Below, in pieces: positions 55,172 through 64,000 of a stretch of 64,000 nucleotides of DNA. The DNA lies in contig OZ219866.1 in assembly GCA_964291675.2 (NCBI GenBank), positions 416,001 to 480,000 of the forward strand, written 5' to 3'. This DNA is from Alphaproteobacteria bacterium (lineage in GTDB: Bacteria; Pseudomonadota; Alphaproteobacteria; MPNO01). How positions within the stretch are numbered: position 1 is the first letter of the stretch; each line of letters opens with the position of its first letter. The position numbers were made by a program, and so were the translations under genes. The notes under the pieces were generated by a model that was not told the origin of the DNA, searched no databases, and worked only from the letters and a program-made list of their open reading frames with translations.

Positions 55172-56451
55172 GGCCGAACCTGCCCCGACCCGCGCACCAC
55201 GTATTTGAAGGTGGTGAGCTGTTCCACCCCGACCGGGCCCCTGGCGTGCAGCCGCCCGGTCGAGATGCCGATCTCCGCCCCCATGCCGAACTCGCCGCCA
55301 TCGGCGAACTGGGTCGAGGCGTTGTGCAGCACGATCGCCGAATCGACGGCGCCGAGAAAGCGCTCGGCGGCGGCATCGTCGGCGGTGACGATCGCGTCGG
55401 TATGCTGCGAGCCGTGCGTGTTGATATGGGCGATCGCGTCCTCCAGCCCGCCGACCTGCTTCACCGCGATGATCGCGTCGAGATACTCGGTGTCCCAGTC
55501 GCTGTCGACGGCCGGTGCCACCCGGTCGTCGAGCGCCCGCGTGTCGGCGCAGCCGCGCAGCTCGCAGCCGGCCCGGGCGAGGTCGTCGAGGATCGGCGGC
55601 AGCACGTCGCGCGCGACCGCGCGGTCGACCAGCAGGGTTTCCGCCGCGCCGCAGATCCCGGGCCGGCGCATCTTCGCGTTGAAGGCGATGCTCCGCGCGG
55701 TCTCGGGATCGGCGCTCCGCTCGACATAGACATGGCAGTTGCCGTCGAGATGGGCGATCACCGGGATCCGGCTCTCCCGCTGCACCCGCTCGATCAGCGA
55801 CTTGCCGCCGCGCGGCACGATGATGTCGATCAGCTCGGCCATGGTCAGCATGGCGCCGACCGCCTCGCGGTCGGTGGTCGGCACCATCTGGATCGCCGCC
55901 GGCGGCAGACCGGCCTCGGCCAGCCCGGCCCGCAGGCAGTCCATGATCGCGCCCGAGGAGTGATAGCTCTCGGAGCCGCCGCGCAGGATGGCGGCGTTGC
56001 CGGATTTGAGGCAGAGCGCGCCGGCATCCGCGGTCACGTTGGGGCGCGATTCGTAGACGATGCCGATCACCCCGAGGGGAACGCGCACCCGCTCGATATG
56101 GAGCCCGTTCGGCCTCTCCCAGGCCGCCATGACATCGCCCACCGGGTCGTCGAGCGCGGCGACCGCCTCGATCCCTGCGGCCATCGCCTCGATGCGCGCC
56201 GGGGTGAGCTCGAGCCGGTCGACGAAGGCATCGGTCAGCCGGGCGGTGTCGACCGCGGCGAGGTCCCTGCCGTTGGCCTCGACGAGCCTGTGTTCGCTCG
56301 ACCTGATGTGCCGCGCCGCGGCGTGCAGCGCGCGGTTCTTCTCGTCGGCCCCGAACCCGCCCAGCGCCCGCGCCGCCGCGCGGGCGTCGCGGGCGAGGCG
56401 CTCCATCGACGCCCGAACGTCGTTCTCGTCGACCGCAACCTGGGTCGCCAC
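55168..56451 (-). CDS. proA: Glutamate-5-semialdehyde dehydrogenase
   Basis: [30 protein letters not shown]. Confidence 0.96.
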   Translation of the reverse strand: MATQVAVDENDVRASMERLARDARAAARALGGFGADEKNRALHAAARHIRSSEHRLVEANGRDLAAVDTARLTDAFVDRLELTPARIEAMAAGIEAVAALDDPVGDVMAAWERPNGLHIERVRVPLGVIGIVYESRPNVTADAGALCLKSGNAAILRGGSESYHSSGAIMDCLRAGLAEAGLPPAAIQMVPTTDREAVGAMLTMAELIDIIVPRGGKSLIERVQRESRIPVIAHLDGNCHVYVERSADPETARSIAFNAKMRRPGICGAAETLLVDRAVARDVLPPILDDLARAGCELRGCADTRALDDRVAPAVDSDWDTEYLDAIIAVKQVGGLEDAIAHINTHGSQHTDAIVTADDAAAERFLGAVDSAIVLHNASTQFADGGEFGMGAEIGISTGRLHARGPVGVEQLTTFKYVVRGSGQVRP

Positions 56452-56464
56452 CCCACCCTCCCTC

Positions 56465-58611
<2,147 letters not shown>

Positions 58612-58869
58612 CTATTGAGCGGGATCGACGGAAACGTAGATCCGCTTGTTCGCGCGGCGGCGAAACGCGACCCGCCCGGCGGCGGTTGCGAAGATCGTGT
58701 GGTCCTTGCCGATCCCGACATTCTCGCCGGGATGGAACTTCGTCCCGCGCTGGCGGATGATGATGTTGCCGGAGATGACCGCCTGGCCGCCGGCCTTCTT
58801 GACGCCGAGCCTGCGGCCGGCGGAATCGCGGCCGTTGCGGGAGCTTCCGCCGGCTTTCTTGTGCGCCAT
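58612..58869 (-). CDS. rpmA: 50S ribosomal protein L27
   Basis: [16 protein letters not shown]. Confidence 0.98.
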   Translation of the reverse strand: MAHKKAGGSSRNGRDSAGRRLGVKKAGGQAVISGNIIIRQRGTKFHPGENVGIGKDHTIFATAAGRVAFRRRANKRIYVSVDPAQ

Positions 58870-59213
58870 TACGAATTCTCCCCTGCGCCCTTGCCGGCAC
58901 CGCCGGCCAGAATGTCGGTTATGCGCAGCACCGTCTGATACTGGCGGTGGCCGTGCTTCCGGCGGTAGTTCTTCCGCCGCTTCTTCTTGAAGACGATGAT
59001 CTTGTCCGCCCGGGTCTGGTCGAGCACGGTCGCCGACACGAGGGCGCCGTCGACCAGCGGGCTGCCGACGATCGGACCCTTGCCGTCGTCGAGCATCAGC
59101 ACCTGGTCGAGTTCGACCGCCGCGCCGGGCTCGCCGGGCAGGCGTTCCACCTTGATCACGTCGTCCTTCTGGACGCGGTATTGCTTCCCGCCTGTGCGTA
59201 CGACTGCAAACAT
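58869..59213 (-). CDS. rplU: 50S ribosomal protein L21
   Basis: [21 protein letters not shown]. Confidence 0.98.
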   Translation of the reverse strand: MFAVVRTGGKQYRVQKDDVIKVERLPGEPGAAVELDQVLMLDDGKGPIVGSPLVDGALVSATVLDQTRADKIIVFKKKRRKNYRRKHGHRQYQTVLRITDILAGGAGKGAGENS

Positions 59214-59284
59214 CGGTCCGGCCAGTCAGAGAGGGCGCGGCGCCGGCGGAACGGCCGCCGAAGACCCGCGCGAGGCGAGGCGGG

Positions 59285-59312
59285 ACTATAGCCGGGGCGC
59301 CCGCATTGTCAA
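59285..59312 (-). promoter_or_regulatory. Sigma70-type promoter for rplU-rpmA
   Basis: TTGACA-N16-TATAGT on the minus strand. Confidence 0.7.
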
Positions 59313-59333
59313 CGCCGGGGCGGGACATCCGGG

Positions 59334-60065
59334 CTAGGGAACCGGCGGCGACTCGACGCTGTCGAACAACGCGGCGATGCCGTCGCCGAAGGCCTGCCGC
59401 ATGCGGGAGAAATAGGCGTCGTCGGCCGCCACCTCGACGCGGGTCCCGCCATCGAGCGCATCGCGCCGATAGACCAGGAGGTCGATCGGCGGGCCGACCG
59501 AGATATTGCTGCGCATGGTGGAATCGAAGGAGATCAGGGCAGCCTTGGCGGCTTCCGCCAGCGCCATGTCATGGCGCACCACGCGATCCAGGATCGGCTT
59601 TCCGTACTTGGTCTCGCCGATCTGCAGGAACGGGGTATCGGGCGTCGCCTCGATGAAGTTGCCGGCCTCGTAGATCTGGAACAGGCGCGGCGGACGGCCC
59701 GCGATCTGGCCGGCGACCAGGAAGCTGGTGCCGGGATCGGCGCCCGAGGCGCGGACCGTCTCGGCATCGTCGCGCATCACGTCCCTGAGCACGGAACCGA
59801 CGATCCGGGCCGCGTTGAACATGCTCGCGGACTCGAACAGGCTGTCCTGGCCCTGGCGGCTGGCGAGCCGTTCGCCGACCACCGAGATCACGGATTGCGA
59901 CGTCGCCAGGTTGCCCGCCGACAGGAGCGCGATCACCCGTTCGCCAGGTTGAGCGTACACCGTGAGCTTGCGGAACGAAGCGACGTGATCGACGCCCGCC
60001 GCCGTCCTGGTATCGGCGGCCAGCACCAGCCCCTGTTCGAGCAGCATGCCGACGCAGTAGGTCAT
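59334..60065 (-). CDS. Anbu proteasome-type Ntn peptidase
   Basis: [39 protein letters not shown]. Confidence 0.92.
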   Translation of the reverse strand: MTYCVGMLLEQGLVLAADTRTAAGVDHVASFRKLTVYAQPGERVIALLSAGNLATSQSVISVVGERLASRQGQDSLFESASMFNAARIVGSVLRDVMRDDAETVRASGADPGTSFLVAGQIAGRPPRLFQIYEAGNFIEATPDTPFLQIGETKYGKPILDRVVRHDMALAEAAKAALISFDSTMRSNISVGPPIDLLVYRRDALDGGTRVEVAADDAYFSRMRQAFGDGIAALFDSVESPPVP

Positions 60066-60110
60066 CGAATCGGCGCTCTCCGGCCCGGCCCGAAGGCGCG
60101 CCGTGCCGCT

Positions 60111-60932
60111 TCAGGACGCACCCCGCCGCCTTTCCTCTACCCTCACGGACACGGTCAGACGCTCTTCCGCGTCGCCGCCCTCGCGCACGCCACGGATCGG
60201 GCAGGCGCTCTCGTAGTCGAGACCGATCGCGGTGCCGACATAGCACTCCGTGCCGCAGGTCCGGTTGGCGACGTCGAAGCTGACCCATCCCAGCCCGTCC
60301 ACCCAGGCGGCCGCCCAGGCATGGCCCGCCGTCGCCGGTTCGTCCTGTTCGGGGACGTGGAGATAGCCGCTGACATAGCGCGCCGGGATGCCGAGCGCGC
60401 GGCAGACGGCGATGAACACATGGCTGTGGTCCTGGCAGACGCCGACGCCGTTCCGCAGCGCCTCCGAGGCGGACGACTGGACGCCGGTCGTGCCTTCGCG
60501 ATAGTCGATGCGATCGCGGATCGCGGTCGCGATGCGATGCACCGCGTCCAGCCGGTCGGCGGCGACGGCGTCCGCGAAAGGCGCGGCGAAGCCGGCAATC
60601 GCCTCGTCCGCGGCGGTCAGCGGCGTCGGCCGCAGATAGGTCTCGACCGGAACGGTTCCCTGCTCGTCCGGCAGCACCCCGTTGGTGTCGACGGTCTCGA
60701 CCTCTCCCTCGGCGGCGATCTCGATCCGCTCGCCGGGACGGTCGAGGATCAGCGTGTCGCACTGGTTGCCGAAGGCGTCGACCCAGCGGGTCAGGCTCCC
60801 CGGGGCCTCGATGTTCCACCGGATCGCGCGCTGCGAGGCGTTGGCGTAGGGGGTCAGGCGAAAATACTGGATGCCGAACGAGATCGCGGCGTCGTAGTGA
60901 TAGGCGGTGCGGTGAACGATGGAGAGCCGCAT
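60111..60932 (-). CDS. Transglutaminase-family protein
   Basis: GVCQDHSH, ARYVSGY, HAW, FD catalytic triad. Confidence 0.92.
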   Translation of the reverse strand: MRLSIVHRTAYHYDAAISFGIQYFRLTPYANASQRAIRWNIEAPGSLTRWVDAFGNQCDTLILDRPGERIEIAAEGEVETVDTNGVLPDEQGTVPVETYLRPTPLTAADEAIAGFAAPFADAVAADRLDAVHRIATAIRDRIDYREGTTGVQSSASEALRNGVGVCQDHSHVFIAVCRALGIPARYVSGYLHVPEQDEPATAGHAWAAAWVDGLGWVSFDVANRTCGTECYVGTAIGLDYESACPIRGVREGGDAEERLTVSVRVEERRRGAS

Positions 60933-61897
60933 CAGGCGGGAAGCCCGGAACGTTGCCGCATCATGAAGTCGTGCTCGATCTGCATGCCGAGCTCGCCGTT
61001 GCGTTCGATGAAGCGGGTCAGGAATTGATGCAGCCCCTGCTGGAAGATGCCGTCGATCCGGCCGAACCGGAGCCCGGCATGGATCTCGCCGGCGATCCGC
61101 TGGCATTCCCGGGGCCGGCCCTGGCAGAGCGCGTCAAGCTGCCCGGTGATGCGGTCGAAGCAGGCCATCAGCGACCGCGGCATGTCGCGCCGCAGCAGCA
61201 ACAGCTCGGCCACCCTGTCCGGCTGAATCACGTCGGAATAGACCTTGTGGTAGGCGCGGAAGGCGCTCAGCGAACGGAGCACCGCCCCCCACTGGTAGTA
61301 GTCGACCGACCCGCCGATATGCTCGTCGCTCGGCAGCAGCACGTGGTATTTGGAATCGAGCAGCCTCGCCGTGTTGTCGGCGCGTTCGATCGCCAGGCCG
61401 AGGTCGAGAAAGGCGTAGCTCTCGTCGCGCAGCATGGTCGCGTCGGTGACGCCGCGGAAGGAGTGGGTGCGTTCCTTGATCCAGTCGCAGAAATCGCGCA
61501 CGCCGCCGTTGAACAGCGATGTCGAGTCGTAGTCGCGCAGCTCGAGCCAGGTGGCGTTGATGCTCTCCCACATCTCGACCGTGACCGACGCCCTGAGCGC
61601 GCGCGCATTCTCCCGCGCGGCGCGGACCGAGGAAAAGATGCTGGAGGGGAAACCGTCGTCGAAGGCGAGGAAGAGGACCGCGCTCGCGCCCGAAATCTGG
61701 CCCCCGAAGGTGACGAAATCCTCCGGGTAGCCGGCGACTTCGAGCGTCGACCCCCAGACCGATTCCTGCGCCTGGCCCGGCACGTCGAGGAGCACCATCC
61801 GGTTGGCGACGTCGATCAGCCGGGCCATGTTTTCGGCCCGCTCGATATAGCGCGCCATCCAGTAGAGCTGGTTGGCCGTGCGGCCCAGCATGGTCAT
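60932..61897 (-). CDS. Alpha-E domain protein (DUF403)
   Basis: LYWMARYIERAE, ARENAR, IERAD, PRSL. Confidence 0.92.
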   Translation of the reverse strand: MTMLGRTANQLYWMARYIERAENMARLIDVANRMVLLDVPGQAQESVWGSTLEVAGYPEDFVTFGGQISGASAVLFLAFDDGFPSSIFSSVRAARENARALRASVTVEMWESINATWLELRDYDSTSLFNGGVRDFCDWIKERTHSFRGVTDATMLRDESYAFLDLGLAIERADNTARLLDSKYHVLLPSDEHIGGSVDYYQWGAVLRSLSAFRAYHKVYSDVIQPDRVAELLLLRRDMPRSLMACFDRITGQLDALCQGRPRECQRIAGEIHAGLRFGRIDGIFQQGLHQFLTRFIERNGELGMQIEHDFMMRQRSGLPA

Positions 61898-63303
61898 GCT
61901 TCGAGCACCCATGTGTCCTTGGTGCCGCCGCCCTGGGAGGAGTTCACCACGAGCGAGCCCTCGGTCAGCGCCACCCGGGTCAACCCGCAGGGCACCACCG
62001 AGACCGTCTCGCCGCTCAGCACGTAGGGGCGGAGATCGACATGGCGCGGGGCGATGCCCTCGTCGACGAAGGTCGGGCAGTGCGACAGCGCGAGCGTCGG
62101 CTGGGCGATGAAATTCTCCGGGCAGTCGAGGATCCGGGCGCGATAGGCTTCGCGCTCCCCGGCGGTGCTCATCGGCCCGACCAGCATGCCGTAGCCGCCC
62201 GAGCCGTGGACCTCCTTGACCACCAGCTCCGCCAGGTGTTCCAGCGTGTAGGCGAGATCGTCGGGCTTGCGCAGCACATAGGTCTCGACGTTTTCGAGGA
62301 TCGGCTCCTCGCCGAGATAGAAGCGGACGACCTCGGGCACGTAGGGGTAGATCGACTTGTCGTCGGCGAAGCCCGTGCCGAACGCGTTGGCGAGCGTCAC
62401 CCGCCCGCCGCGGCAGACCGAGAGCAGCCCGGGCACGCCGAGCTGCGAATCCGGGCGGAAGGCGAGCGGGTCGAGAAACTCGTCGTTGATCCGCCGGTAG
62501 ATCACGTCGACCCGCTTGAGCCCCTCGATGGTCCGCATCAGCACCTGACCGTCGCGGACCACCAGATCCTGACCCTCGACCAGCTCGATCCCCATCGCAT
62601 CGGCGAGGAAGGCGTGCTCGAAATAGGCGCTGTTGTAGGACCCGGGGGTGAGCAGGACCACCGTCGGATCGTCCACCCCCGGCGGCGCGGTGGCGCGCAG
62701 GTTGCGCAAGAGCTCCTGCGGGTAGTGCTCTACGGCGGCCACGTCGACCCTGGCGAACAAATCGGGGAAGAGCCGCATCATCGTGTTGCGGTTCTCCAGC
62801 ATGTAGGACACGCCCGACGGCGAGCGCAGATTGTCCTCCAGCACGTAGAACCGGTTCTCTTCGACGCGGACGATATCGATGCCCGCGACATGGACGTAGA
62901 CGCCGCGCGGCACGTCCAGCCCGTACATGTGGGGCTCCAGCAGCGCGTTCGAGAGCAGCACGTCGGCGGGCAGCACCCCGGCGCGGACGATCTCCCGCTG
63001 GTGATAGATGTCGTGGATAAACATGTTGAGCGCGCGAACCCGCTGGATCAGCCCCGCCGACAGGTGCTCCCATTCCCCGGCGGAGAAGATGCGCGGGATG
63101 ATGTCGAACGGGATCAGCCGCTCGGTTCCGCCTTCCCGGCCGTAGACCAGGAAGGTGATGCCGAGGCGCCGGAACAGCATCTCGGCCTCGTCGCGCTTCG
63201 ACTTGAGGCGCTCGACGGGGGTCCCTTCGAGCCAGGCGGCGAGCGCGCGATAGGCATCGCGCACCCCGCCTTCGGGCAGGTTCATCTCGTCGTAGAAGCG
63301 CAT
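61894..63303 (-). CDS. Circularly permuted type 2 ATP-grasp protein
   Basis: EDNLRSPSGVSY, NSAYFEH, GSGGYGM, VVNSSQGGGTKDTW. Confidence 0.93.
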   Translation of the reverse strand: MRFYDEMNLPEGGVRDAYRALAAWLEGTPVERLKSKRDEAEMLFRRLGITFLVYGREGGTERLIPFDIIPRIFSAGEWEHLSAGLIQRVRALNMFIHDIYHQREIVRAGVLPADVLLSNALLEPHMYGLDVPRGVYVHVAGIDIVRVEENRFYVLEDNLRSPSGVSYMLENRNTMMRLFPDLFARVDVAAVEHYPQELLRNLRATAPPGVDDPTVVLLTPGSYNSAYFEHAFLADAMGIELVEGQDLVVRDGQVLMRTIEGLKRVDVIYRRINDEFLDPLAFRPDSQLGVPGLLSVCRGGRVTLANAFGTGFADDKSIYPYVPEVVRFYLGEEPILENVETYVLRKPDDLAYTLEHLAELVVKEVHGSGGYGMLVGPMSTAGEREAYRARILDCPENFIAQPTLALSHCPTFVDEGIAPRHVDLRPYVLSGETVSVVPCGLTRVALTEGSLVVNSSQGGGTKDTWVLEA

Positions 63304-63346
63304 CGCCGCCAAGCCTTCCCTCGCCGTCGACGAATAGAGCGAATCC

Positions 63347-64000
63347 TCACAGAAATGTATAGGGGTCGATGTCGACATGGACGCGTACGCCGCGCCCCGT
63401 CGGGACCTGGCGCAGCCAGCGCTCGATCGCCGGCTGGACGCGCACGCCGAGCGGCGCCTTGACCAGGAACCGCCGCCGGTGCCGTCCGCGGATCAGCGCC
63501 AGCGGCGCCGGCGCGGGGCCGAGGACGGTCACCTCGCGGCCGCGCGGCGCGGCCCGGGCCAGGGCGCGGCAGGCGGCGTCGACGGCGGGCTCGTTGCGCC
63601 CGGAGACCACGATCCCGGCGAGCCGGCCGAAGGGCGGCATCGCGTGGCTCTCGCGCGCCCGCGCCTCGCTGGCGAGGAAGCCGTCGCGGTCGCCGGCGAC
63701 CAGCGCGGCCATCACCGGATGGTCCGGGTCGTAGGTCTGGATCAGGGCGCGGCCGGGCCGCGCGGCGCGCCCGGCGCGGCCCGCCACCTGATGCAGCACC
63801 TGGAAGCTGCGCTCGGCGGCGCGCAGATCGCCGCCGTCGAGCCCGAGATCGGCATCGACCACGCCGACCAGGGTCAGGTCGGGGAAGTTGTGCCCCTTGG
63901 CGACGAGCTGGGTGCCGATGACGATATCGTAGTCGTGCCGCCGGATGCCCCCGATCAGCGCCTCGGCGGCGGATGCGCTGCGCAGCGCATCGCTCGACAT
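63347..64000 (-). CDS. priA: Primosomal protein N', 3' part (continues beyond the window)
   Basis: GTQLVAKGH.FP, DLRAAER, QVAGRAGR, GPAPAP, DIDP. Confidence 0.95.
   Translation of the reverse strand: MSSDALRSASAAEALIGGIRRHDYDIVIGTQLVAKGHNFPDLTLVGVVDADLGLDGGDLRAAERSFQVLHQVAGRAGRAARPGRALIQTYDPDHPVMAALVAGDRDGFLASEARARESHAMPPFGRLAGIVVSGRNEPAVDAACRALARAAPRGREVTVLGPAPAPLALIRGRHRRRFLVKAPLGVRVQPAIERWLRQVPTGRGVRVHVDIDPYTFL

Overview
A very GC-rich alphaproteobacterial chromosomal segment, gene-dense and largely metabolic. The right third is conserved core: atpHAGDC, rppH, ctpA, envC, rlmH, rsfS, nadD, proAB, obgE, rpmA/rplU, the four-gene Anbu operon and the 3' part of priA. The left two thirds is accessory catabolism: two xanthine-dehydrogenase-family molybdoenzymes, NitT/TauT ABC, Bug and TRAP transporters, hmgA, a partial sox module (soxYZEF + YeeE), UbiD, frmA and enoyl-CoA hydratases. 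Main points of interest: (1) a ~1.3 kb lower-GC islet (10870-12200) bounded by a duplication of the yeeE 5' end, carrying an uncharacterised membrane-anchored protein followed by ~290 nt of densely base-paired, possibly pseudoknotted non-coding sequence; (2) a translationally coupled pyrK-pyrD(1B)-carbamoylase-pyrC run followed by pyrE and an ABC importer, which reads as a reductive orotate degradation route; (3) a tandem pair of parS sites; (4) three toxin-antitoxin modules, two with dead toxins and intact antitoxins; (5) two REP-like palindrome families plus a 28-bp motif that supplies stop codons; (6) two single-base frameshifts that may be sequencing errors. All calls come from reading the sequence and recalled family motifs; no searches were run.
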